A stretch of 64,000 nt of DNA from an uncultured Caldithrix sp. (GTDB lineage: Bacteria > Electryoneota > AABM5-125-24 > Hatepunaeales > Hatepunaeaceae), in contig CAYHEC010000010.1 of the NCBI GenBank assembly GCA_964355675.1, positions 41,160-105,159 on the forward strand, in the 5' to 3' direction. A model generated the notes under the pieces. It worked only from the letters and a program-made list of their open reading frames with translations. It ran no database searches and had not been told where the DNA came from. Positions 48,989 to 57,502 of this stretch are shown here, in pieces. Positions within the stretch are counted from its first letter, which is position 1. Every line of letters starts with the position of its first letter. The translations under genes were made by a program, and so were the position numbers.

Positions 48989-50485
48989 TTAGAAATTATG
49001 GGAAATCATTAGCTGGTGAAATCCGCCTCCATAGGGAGCGCTGGCTCCTCGAGTCGTTGGCGCAGGCGACGCCGCGGGTAAACTGCGACGCCAGGTTTTT
49101 ACCGGGATTAATTGTGTGAATTGGTAGCTGACCCCTAATCCAATTAGAGTAGTGGAAATCTCAAGCTGTGGAATGCATCCCAAAATTCGGCGAACCGGAA
49201 GTTCGGAGTGTTGCAAATCATCTTGACCGAAGATCAGGAATTCAGGTCGCCAATGTTCGAGCGTAGCTTTTGGCCGAACATCGAACAGATGCGTTCCGAA
49301 CGACCATCTGAAAATATCGTTGCCTGCTTCAGATTTAAATCTGCTGAAGTGGGCTAAATAAAGTCTCCAAAGCGTCCCTTCAGAAGAGGTAATGAAGTAT
49401 CGCCTCATGCCGAGTAAATCAATAAATCCACTGGTGAAGGGCCAGAACTCTATGTGTCCCCGGCTTGCCGCGTCCCATTGAAAATACTCCAGTTCACCCT
49501 TCATCGACCGCGACGCCAATTTAGATAACTCACTATCAAACCCGGCAAAAATAGTTCGGACGTCAGTATCGAAACGGGTGATCTTGGCAAAGGATGACCC
49601 TCCCTCCAGTCCGCGAGCCTGAAGGCGCGACACATGCCCGCGACTCCCGACCCAAAACAAGTGACCTTCCTTCCCATATTCGATTGCCGCCCGATAATTT
49701 TTCACGATTCCAGTCGGTTCAAAGTTTGGAATAGGGGACATTTTATCAGGTGATCGAAGGCTACTCTGACTATATGAGGCGACGGCTTTAAAACCTCTCA
49801 GCTTGGGTGTGCGCAGAGAAATGCCATAAGTATCGTAGGATAGTGGTAGCTCGACTGCGGCGTTCTCTTCCTGCCAATCTCCTGACAGCCTCCATAAATC
49901 ACTCTGCCGCCGCCACCTGAATGTTACCCCACCGTCGCGATATGCCAACAACCTGCCGGCAATATCGAAACCAGCCGGATTGCTATAATTGTTGACGTCG
50001 GACTTTAACGTGACGTCTGCTTCCGCTCGGACAGCTAACTTCGACGTGGCAACACTGCCAGCAATCCCAAGCTTGGCTCCTTCAATATCGATGTGAATGA
50101 TTTGCTGAGCGAGACGTTGTTGGAGTTTCATCGACGTTCGGCTTGCAGAAGTTCCGACTTCGAGAGTCCAATCTGCCATCCCTTTTCTGCTGACAAACGC
50201 CTTCCCAAGAACCCTTCTGCCGAAGGATGCGCTCGGCCTCTCGATAGCGCCTTGACGGTAATAATCTGAATAGGTCGAAAAGAGAGAGAACCCTCCGGTC
50301 AGCCGCGAGCGGCCAACCGGAGGGTCTGTGACATTTGAATTGGGAAGACGATGCAACTCTGCCTCTGTCATCCATACGGATTCGTGTGTGGTCAGCAGGT
50401 AGTCGATGAAGGGATCAATCGTCAATGCTGACAAATTGCTCGCGGTCAAAAGCACCGCACCAAGCGCAATAATCAGCAGTGGCAA
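48989..50485 (-). CDS. Secreted protein, probable outer-membrane beta-barrel, function unknown
   Basis: N-terminal signal-peptide-like 'MPLLIIALGAVLLTASNLSA'; alternating amphipathic strands with many aromatic residues; no catalytic motif. Confidence 0.4.
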   Translation of the reverse strand: MPLLIIALGAVLLTASNLSALTIDPFIDYLLTTHESVWMTEAELHRLPNSNVTDPPVGRSRLTGGFSLFSTYSDYYRQGAIERPSASFGRRVLGKAFVSRKGMADWTLEVGTSASRTSMKLQQRLAQQIIHIDIEGAKLGIAGSVATSKLAVRAEADVTLKSDVNNYSNPAGFDIAGRLLAYRDGGVTFRWRRQSDLWRLSGDWQEENAAVELPLSYDTYGISLRTPKLRGFKAVASYSQSSLRSPDKMSPIPNFEPTGIVKNYRAAIEYGKEGHLFWVGSRGHVSRLQARGLEGGSSFAKITRFDTDVRTIFAGFDSELSKLASRSMKGELEYFQWDAASRGHIEFWPFTSGFIDLLGMRRYFITSSEGTLWRLYLAHFSRFKSEAGNDIFRWSFGTHLFDVRPKATLEHWRPEFLIFGQDDLQHSELPVRRILGCIPQLEISTTLIGLGVSYQFTQLIPVKTWRRSLPAASPAPTTRGASAPYGGGFHQLMISHNF

Positions 50486-50498
50486 TGCCTTAAACAGA

Positions 50499-52118
50499 TC
50501 AGTTTCCCATGCCGAAATCTTTCTGCCAATCTTCCTCAGTAAAACCCATAATCCGCTTCAAACGGCTGTCGGTCATACCGGGCAGAAGTCCACCTACCGT
50601 CGGGTTGGGAAAAATCCACTCAGCATAGCTATTAGCCTGCCAGGTGATATGCGGCGAATACCTCCACTTGGTTGACTCATTATATTGGCAACTTATGTTA
50701 GCCATCACATTTTGAACGCCAGCATCCAACCACCAGCCGTTAAAACTAATACGGATATAGGCATTGGATTTAGAGCTGTATTGCGCCACCCAACGGTCGA
50801 ATTCTATATCCCATGCCGGTGCGGGGAATGATTTTTCCTCACGGTATTCCTGCAATTGACCATTGTCATAATAAGCATAGCGACTCCAATAGTAAACGCC
50901 CGATGTGGGAATTTCTACTCCTGCCACTACCTGAGAGTCGATATAGTGATACTCCGTCTCTGACTCCACCGTGTCGAGGGTGACGCTGTAAGCGGGTAAC
51001 AGGGACTTCAAATCATTGACCGGGTGGTTGAACATTGCCGAAAGAGCGATAGCAAGGTCTTCGTCACCATCGCCAAAATCAACCTTGAATGTCTCTTGTC
51101 CCGTCAGAGCGCGCCGTACACGCGGGATGTAGGCTTTCAGAGAGTCAAGATCGGCGTCGTTATCGTGGTCCAATTTAATCAGGTCATTGTCTTGATCATC
51201 GGTTTCGCTCTCAAGGAAAGCGACGCCGCTTTCTACACTGTTCGCCGCGTCGAGCCAGGCTTGCCCGGCGGCTCCCATACGGATTGCCCCACTGGAGCGA
51301 AGCGCCATAAACGGCGAACCTTGGGTCAGCGCGACCCGCATTGCATTGCCGGTCCAGTCGCCCATATCATAGCTGTAGGCACAAAACTGGTTCAACAGCG
51401 CGAGCTGTACATCGACAGCAGTGATGGCGGCATAGATCTCGGTCAGGTCGAGCTCCAATGCATCTTCGTTGGGATCGCCCTGCATGCGTGGGGTAATCAT
51501 GAACTTGAAGTCAGGATGAGAAGTGATTTTTTTCAGCCTCGCAACGGCCCACTCAAGACGCGGAATCAGTTCGCTTGCCAGCAGATCCTGAAACTCCCCG
51601 ATGGTCGGATCACCCGCGGCGGCCGCTCGACTCATATTGGTTTCCATTCTCAGTACAGCAGAGATGGGCAGAACCGTCTCGGTAAGCCGGAGCGATAGTC
51701 CTGGGCCTGGTCTGGGAGCTCCCGCCATACCCGGTACTTCGAAGAAGGCGCCGCTATCCATAAAAGTCTTGGCGCGATCGAAGAAATCTTGAAAATCATG
51801 ATCCTGACTGATCATAATGATTTCCAGCACCCCTGCTCCAAAGTTGGCGGCTGGATTGGAGTCATCTGCTTCGAGGGCTTTCATATAAGCACTGTAAGGA
51901 CCGGTCAAGTCAACATCATCAGGCTTTTCCGGATTCTGGCCGTTGATTAGATCCATAAGGACGGCTTCAAGCTGAGTGTTGCCAGTCCCGACCCATGCAT
52001 TTGCGGCGGTGGTATCAGTCGGCGTTGAGACAGTTGGATTATCTTCGCCGCATCCAATAGTTAAAGCCATCCCGACGAAGAATACGATTGCGATTGATAA
52101 ACGAGTTATTGCAGACAT
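50499..52118 (-). CDS. Lipoprotein, function unknown
   Basis: Internal Met at 52118 gives 'MSAITRLSIAIVFFVGMALTIGCGEDNP' with lipobox L-T-I-G-C; track ORF extends 52 codons further upstream. Confidence 0.5.
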   Translation of the reverse strand: MSAITRLSIAIVFFVGMALTIGCGEDNPTVSTPTDTTAANAWVGTGNTQLEAVLMDLINGQNPEKPDDVDLTGPYSAYMKALEADDSNPAANFGAGVLEIIMISQDHDFQDFFDRAKTFMDSGAFFEVPGMAGAPRPGPGLSLRLTETVLPISAVLRMETNMSRAAAAGDPTIGEFQDLLASELIPRLEWAVARLKKITSHPDFKFMITPRMQGDPNEDALELDLTEIYAAITAVDVQLALLNQFCAYSYDMGDWTGNAMRVALTQGSPFMALRSSGAIRMGAAGQAWLDAANSVESGVAFLESETDDQDNDLIKLDHDNDADLDSLKAYIPRVRRALTGQETFKVDFGDGDEDLAIALSAMFNHPVNDLKSLLPAYSVTLDTVESETEYHYIDSQVVAGVEIPTSGVYYWSRYAYYDNGQLQEYREEKSFPAPAWDIEFDRWVAQYSSKSNAYIRISFNGWWLDAGVQNVMANISCQYNESTKWRYSPHITWQANSYAEWIFPNPTVGGLLPGMTDSRLKRIMGFTEEDWQKDFGMGN

Positions 52119-52326
52119 TGTTACCTCATGTAATAATTTGCACAAGATTGAGGTGTTTCTGTGATTGGATGTGCGACCAATTTCACAAGATTGCCTATAA
52201 AGGCCACCTCCGACGTTTAATATAAATACAATAGTTGAGGAACTCAAGTTGAAATCAAAAGAATCTAAAAACAAGTTAGTTAAGTGGCGCGATTTATAGT
52301 AATGATCAGGTCAAATTAGTGTAGTA

Positions 52327-52359
52327 CTAGGCGAGCGGCTTGAAAAGTCGCTCGCCTAG
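52327..52359. terminator. Strong palindromic hairpin downstream of the minus-strand glycosyltransferase gene ending at 52379
   Basis: CTAGGCGAGCG-(GCTTGAAAAGT)-CGCTCGCCTAG, perfect 11-bp stem; no adjacent U-tract on either strand. Confidence 0.35.
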
Positions 52360-52378
52360 AGACCGAAACAATACAAAC

Positions 52379-54610
52379 TCATTTAATTAATTCTACGTAA
52401 AGATTTATAATCTTCGACGCATCCTCTTCAATTCCCTTTACTGGTTTTATATTCTGACGAAAGGTATCGATAATCTTCTGATTATCTAATACATACGTCA
52501 TCTTCTCAGCAAGATCTTCCATGTTCCCTGCTTCGAAGAGCAATCCATTCGAGCCATCCTCGATTAATTCAGGCAAGCCTCCTACGTTCGACGCGATTAT
52601 TGGAACACCGGCATGAAGCGCTTCGCGAGCCGTGGTCGGGTAGGTTTCAAAGCGAGAGGGAATAATGAGAACGTCATATTTCGACAGTATTTCAGGCAGA
52701 TCTTCCGGGCCGTATGAACCGCGGTAACGGACTTCGTGGTTATCGGAGAGTGATCTGAAATTGTCTTCGAGGATCTCCGGATTACGAATTTTACCGTAAA
52801 TATCAAGACTTGCCTTTGATGGATCGACCTTCGAAAAGGCCTGCAAGAGAATGTCCAATCCTTTAACAGGGGCAATGTTCCCGATAAACAAAAAACGAAC
52901 TCTATCGCTACCCTTATGGAAGATCTGGGGCTGGAAGAGGTTCATTCCAAGCGTGGAATGAATTGTTGCAGGATTTTCAAAACCATTTGCGCGTAAACGA
53001 TTAATCAGATCGAGGGAAGGAACCAACACTTTATGGAATTTCTGGTAAATTTCGCGATGTCGTCGAAGCCGGTGTGACATATATGCTTCGACATTTTCAT
53101 ACTTCTCGGCCGATGGGTTAAGCTGGCGATTCATGTAACATGTTGCACAATTCATTATAGAGGATGGTTCTTTCACACAATTATCAACACCTTCAAATTG
53201 CATGTGAATCTGGTCGCAGATCAGAAATGTATCGTGCAGGGTCAACACAAGAGGAATGCCTTTGGCGGCCACGGCATCGACGGCGGAGGTTGTCCAAAAC
53301 AACAAGTGCTGGAAATGAACGAGGTCAAAGTGATTGGCATCCAGCCACAACGAAAGCAACTGCCCCACATCAGGATAATCGACGTTATGACTTAATCTAT
53401 GCTTGGGCGGTAAGTTTAAGCCAACGGTAGTAACATTGTCATAAGTTCCCTTAGTTGCGTTTCCCACCGGTCTTGATGAATCGAATTCCGGATAGAGAAT
53501 TGTCACCTCTACACCTTTTTTCGAGATCGTACGGGCAAGATTAAGTGTGTAGAGTTCCGTTCCCGCAACTGATCGTACCAGAAAATCGTGAACTATAAAT
53601 AACACCTTGGGAAGACTATCGACGGTGCGAGAAGGCTTCACCCCACTCTCCATTGGCTCCATAATTAATTTGTTCTCGATTTCCAAGATCAATTGACTTA
53701 ATTGTTTATCGGGGTTAATTTTAAAGCAAATATTGAGATACTTCAATCCCCCTCTAAGATCACCCAAGCTGATCAACCTTATTGCAACAGTTATCAAAGC
53801 CTTTGCCTCTGAGCTTTGATTGCTGTTCCGATCCCAATCAATTTCGGGCGTTAATTCTCGTAGAGGATGACGCGCCAGTAATCCATTGACAACCAGAGCT
53901 TGGAAAGAAGTGACAACTTTTTCTTCGTTAGGGGACAGAATATCCTTGTTTCCGCGACACTTGACGACGGGGCGGGGGAGCAGTTTACAACGAATGAGTG
54001 AGGCAATGCGACTGCACCATTCATAATTGTGAGAGTGACGGAATGACTCGTCGTAATAACCGTAGGTGGCGTAACACGCTCGTTTAACCAGAGATCCAGA
54101 AAGGGGAAGGGGATCTTCAAGAAGAAACTTGGCAAGCAGTCCGGGGGAATCTGTGTACCAGTCTTTATAATTTATTTTATTAATAACATTAAGGTTGACA
54201 TCCGTTACAAACAAATTCCCATAGTAGAGCGATGCATCGGGGAATTCTGTGATTTTATCTGAGTAGCTCTGGAGTACGCCCTTTAACAACACATCACCCG
54301 AATCGAGCCAAAGAATGTATTCCCCTTTCGACTCGATAATTCCTCTGTTGCGTGCGGCTGGGGCGCAAAAATAATTCTGACGGAAGTAGCTCAGCCTTGG
54401 ATTAGAAAATCGATTGAACATTTCCGCGGTCTCATCCGTCGAACCATCATCGACAATAACCACTTCAACGGCAGGATAATCCTGCATTAGCGCGCTGTCG
54501 ATAGTTTCGGCGAGGATTTTGGCTCGATTGTGAGTCACAATGACAATGCTGATCAAAGGAGCAATCTTATGCTCCCTGATTGGTAGAGGATTTTCTTTAA
54601 ATGGGTCCAT
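52379..54610 (-). CDS. Bifunctional glycosyltransferase (N-terminal GT2 + C-terminal GT4 domain)
   Basis: N-terminal 'ISIVIVTHNRAKIL...VVIVDDGSTDET' (GT2); C-terminal 'IPSRFETYPTTAREALHAGVPIIASNVGGLPELI' (GT4 E-x7-E). Confidence 0.8.
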   Translation of the reverse strand: MDPFKENPLPIREHKIAPLISIVIVTHNRAKILAETIDSALMQDYPAVEVVIVDDGSTDETAEMFNRFSNPRLSYFRQNYFCAPAARNRGIIESKGEYILWLDSGDVLLKGVLQSYSDKITEFPDASLYYGNLFVTDVNLNVINKINYKDWYTDSPGLLAKFLLEDPLPLSGSLVKRACYATYGYYDESFRHSHNYEWCSRIASLIRCKLLPRPVVKCRGNKDILSPNEEKVVTSFQALVVNGLLARHPLRELTPEIDWDRNSNQSSEAKALITVAIRLISLGDLRGGLKYLNICFKINPDKQLSQLILEIENKLIMEPMESGVKPSRTVDSLPKVLFIVHDFLVRSVAGTELYTLNLARTISKKGVEVTILYPEFDSSRPVGNATKGTYDNVTTVGLNLPPKHRLSHNVDYPDVGQLLSLWLDANHFDLVHFQHLLFWTTSAVDAVAAKGIPLVLTLHDTFLICDQIHMQFEGVDNCVKEPSSIMNCATCYMNRQLNPSAEKYENVEAYMSHRLRRHREIYQKFHKVLVPSLDLINRLRANGFENPATIHSTLGMNLFQPQIFHKGSDRVRFLFIGNIAPVKGLDILLQAFSKVDPSKASLDIYGKIRNPEILEDNFRSLSDNHEVRYRGSYGPEDLPEILSKYDVLIIPSRFETYPTTAREALHAGVPIIASNVGGLPELIEDGSNGLLFEAGNMEDLAEKMTYVLDNQKIIDTFRQNIKPVKGIEEDASKIINLYVELIK

Positions 54611-56046
54611 TATTGGAGATTTTGACCCGAGAGAATTTCAATGCGTGGATTCATCTGAGCTTCCAGACTAAATATCCTTCGAAATGCCAGTTGCCCCTGC
54701 CGACTTAATAAAACGAGTTTGTCTGGATTGATCCGGTAGTCGTCAACAACGTCAGCAATATCTCCCGGCTCGCGTGATATTATGCGAATCTCTTCACCAT
54801 CAATCAAAGCTGAATTGAGAGAGAGTTCATCAGTACAAAACAATGCTACGCCACAAAGCCCTGCTTCGATGCAGGCTCCGGTCGGGAACCCATCAAATGC
54901 TCCGGGGCTCAACACAAATGGCACGTTGGGCGATAAGATAGCATCCATCCGGTTGTAAAATTCAGAGAAGAAATCGGTCTTTTGTGTTCCATAAAAGCGA
55001 ATCCGTTCAGCGAAGTCACTTACCTCGATATCGCTTGAGTCGAACGATCCGACAACATGGAAGCTGTAGTTACGACTCCTTTTAAGCAACTCCCTTGCGG
55101 TTTGTATGAAAACGTCATATCCCTTGTCGATGCCCTGTTCCATGTATTTATTTGCCACGAAGCAGACGTCGAATGTTTTTTTATTCGTCCCGTAATGTTT
55201 CCGCTCCGTTGGAAATGCCGATAGCTGGTTCGAGGGTAAGACACCGCCGTAAATGAACTCGATTATTTCTGGATCGCAGTACCCTTTCGATAAAAGGTAA
55301 TCACGGGTTACTCTCTGCGTTGTGATGATTTTTTTTAAGTACTTGGATGAACAGACTCGTTTCAGTTTCTCATCAGAAATATCTTGATCGAGTGCGAATC
55401 CTCCACCCGGATATAGGGTAAAGATAAAAGGAATGCCACTTCGCTCAATATCTGCAAGGAAATAATCCGCGTTATTCAAAAATATCATATAGACAAGCTC
55501 TCCCGCCAAATTTGATCCTTGCCTGTATTTGACAACGCGATTCCGGTATTGGGGGTAGTATCCAAGGTACTCCTCACGCACTTCCTCGAAAGTGCGTGAT
55601 TCGTTGATGGCTGGAAAGGTAGAGGCTGTAGATTGGACTTCCGCATCAGGGAATTCGTCAAGGAATGCATTGAATTCGGCAACGCGGAATGCAGATAACA
55701 GGTGCGGAAAGATGTCATCCAGAATTATGAGAGATTTATGGGGCTTACCGCTGATACTATTGGCACGAGGCGAGAAGTCCGAATCTTTCTTAAGAAACTC
55801 TTCAATTTTCTTTGACAGCTCCGTCAGTCTGGCAATCACGCGGGCATTTTCGACAAACCCGGGGGGAAGAGCATTAGCCAGATTCATCGACCGCTCCAAT
55901 AGTGGCGCAACAATGTCGATCTCTCCAGCCTCAATAAGGCGATCAGCCGCGTCGCATATCAAGAGAATCTTTTGGATGCTGTCCTGAATCATCGAATGAT
56001 CATATAAATCAATCTGTATTTCGAGACATTGACTTTGCTTCGGCAA
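54610..56046 (-). CDS. GT-B fold (GT4-like) glycosyltransferase
   Basis: C-terminal 'FDGFPTGACIEAGLCGVALFCTD' donor-binding-like motif; 5' end overlaps upstream gene so true start probably internal. Confidence 0.55.
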   Translation of the reverse strand: MPKQSQCLEIQIDLYDHSMIQDSIQKILLICDAADRLIEAGEIDIVAPLLERSMNLANALPPGFVENARVIARLTELSKKIEEFLKKDSDFSPRANSISGKPHKSLIILDDIFPHLLSAFRVAEFNAFLDEFPDAEVQSTASTFPAINESRTFEEVREEYLGYYPQYRNRVVKYRQGSNLAGELVYMIFLNNADYFLADIERSGIPFIFTLYPGGGFALDQDISDEKLKRVCSSKYLKKIITTQRVTRDYLLSKGYCDPEIIEFIYGGVLPSNQLSAFPTERKHYGTNKKTFDVCFVANKYMEQGIDKGYDVFIQTARELLKRSRNYSFHVVGSFDSSDIEVSDFAERIRFYGTQKTDFFSEFYNRMDAILSPNVPFVLSPGAFDGFPTGACIEAGLCGVALFCTDELSLNSALIDGEEIRIISREPGDIADVVDDYRINPDKLVLLSRQGQLAFRRIFSLEAQMNPRIEILSGQNLQ

Positions 56047-57238
56047 TAATCGAGCGAAGGGTGGTGCAAATCCGGAATATCTCGGTTTCGCCCATCGATG
56101 TGCCAGTTGGGAGGGAGATGACCCTTTCGGTCAATTTCTCCGTCACTGTCAGGAGGAGGCCGGCGTTGGGGAAATAGGAGCGATACGGTTCCATCTTGTG
56201 GCAACCCGGGTGAAAGTATCGTCTGCAGAGGATGTTCAGATCGTGCATCTTACGAACGATTTCATCACGCGAAACGCCAGTTATCTGTTCATCGATGTCC
56301 AGGATGATGTATTGGTAATTATTGCTTTCGTGCGCGGGATGTTCGACAAGATGTATCCCGGGAATTTCCGAGAGAGCGGTACGATAAAGATCGTAGTTAC
56401 ACTTGTTTACGTCGATGAATTCGTCTATGCTTTCGAGGTTTGTAAGTCCCATTATGGCAGAAATTTCGGACATTTTGCCATTAGTGCCGATGTAGATAAC
56501 ATTGTCGTAACCACTGAATCCGAAATTCTGCATTAGTCTGGTTTTCTCAGCAACTTCGTCGCTATTGGTCAATACTGCTCCTCCTTCGAAGGAGTTGAGA
56601 AATTTTGTGGCGTGGAAGCTAAGCACCTCTGCATCTCCAAAACGACCGATCATTCTGCCTTTGTAGGTACAACTGAGTGCATGTGCCGCATCGTAGATCA
56701 CTTTCAAGTTGTGTTCTTGGGCAATTTCGGCTATTTCATCGACCGGGCAGGCATGTCCCCAGATATGAACGCCGATAATGCCGGTTGTTCGCGGCGTTAT
56801 GAGCCTGCGAATCTGCGCAGGATCGATGGTATGAGTAATCGGATCAATATCGCAGAAGACCGGTGTAATTTCCTGCCATTGCAGTGCGTGCGCAGTTGCA
56901 ACAAAAGTGAATGACGGGACGATCACCTCGCCTTTCATCTCCAGTGCCCTGATTATAATCTCGAGCGCAATAGTGCCATTGCACATGGCAATGCAATGCT
57001 TTACCTGACAATATTCTGCCAGACGTGCTTCGAACTCACGCAGGAACGGCCCTCGATTGGTCAACCACCGGTTGTCGAGCATTTCATTGATGCGTTCGAA
57101 CAACCGTTTTCTATCGCCAATGTTAGGTTTGCCAACGTGTAGTGGTTCAAGATGCGCATCACTCTGATAGGAAGAAACCAGGTCGGTAGTGAATGTCTTG
57201 GTTGTATTTGCTGGAAGAGAGAAATTCCTTGCAACCAT
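56009..57238 (-). CDS. DegT/DnrJ/EryC1/StrS-family PLP-dependent sugar aminotransferase
   Basis: 'CNGTIALEIIIRAL', 'GEVIVPSFTFVATA' and lysine-containing 'SFHATKFLNSFEGG' motif. Confidence 0.9.
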   Translation of the reverse strand: MVARNFSLPANTTKTFTTDLVSSYQSDAHLEPLHVGKPNIGDRKRLFERINEMLDNRWLTNRGPFLREFEARLAEYCQVKHCIAMCNGTIALEIIIRALEMKGEVIVPSFTFVATAHALQWQEITPVFCDIDPITHTIDPAQIRRLITPRTTGIIGVHIWGHACPVDEIAEIAQEHNLKVIYDAAHALSCTYKGRMIGRFGDAEVLSFHATKFLNSFEGGAVLTNSDEVAEKTRLMQNFGFSGYDNVIYIGTNGKMSEISAIMGLTNLESIDEFIDVNKCNYDLYRTALSEIPGIHLVEHPAHESNNYQYIILDIDEQITGVSRDEIVRKMHDLNILCRRYFHPGCHKMEPYRSYFPNAGLLLTVTEKLTERVISLPTGTSMGETEIFRICTTLRSIIAEAKSMSRNTD

Positions 57239-57405
57239 AGGATCGCCTCGGATTATTAAGGTTTGATGTTAAAAAAAATCGAACGAATGCAATACTGTAT
57301 TTAGGGAAAATTTGGAATAATAATGTCATCTGTAAATACTAAAATAGGTGTCTCTATGCGAGGACGAGTTCTTCGAATTATTCTGAATTTGCGCCGACAT
57401 GTCCA

Positions 57406-57433
57406 CGCGGACGCCCTCGTCCGCGCTTTTTTT
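57406..57433 (+). terminator. Intrinsic-terminator-like hairpin with T7 tract on the plus strand
   Basis: CGCGGACG-CCCT-CGTCCGCG (8-bp stem) followed by C + TTTTTTT (57427-57433); a second interrupted hairpin + T5 at 57448-57479; both flanking genes are minus-strand. Confidence 0.45.
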
Positions 57434-57502
57434 GTGCTCGAATGTTCGGCGGCCGTAGGCGTCCGCCTGGACACTTTTTGGCATAAAGTTCGTCTGTGAA
57501 TA

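Noticed and set aside
51024-51698. 224-aa plus-strand ORF
   Set aside because: Lies entirely antisense within the minus-strand lipoprotein gene; no recognisable domain; most likely a shadow ORF.
55592-55987. 131-aa plus-strand ORF
   Set aside because: Embedded antisense in the GT-B glycosyltransferase gene; Ser/Arg-rich translation with no domain signal.
57323-57499. 58-codon plus-strand ORF in the 57239-57502 gap
   Set aside because: Spans two terminator-like hairpins, is Arg-rich, and has no ribosome-binding signal or homology; more likely non-coding.
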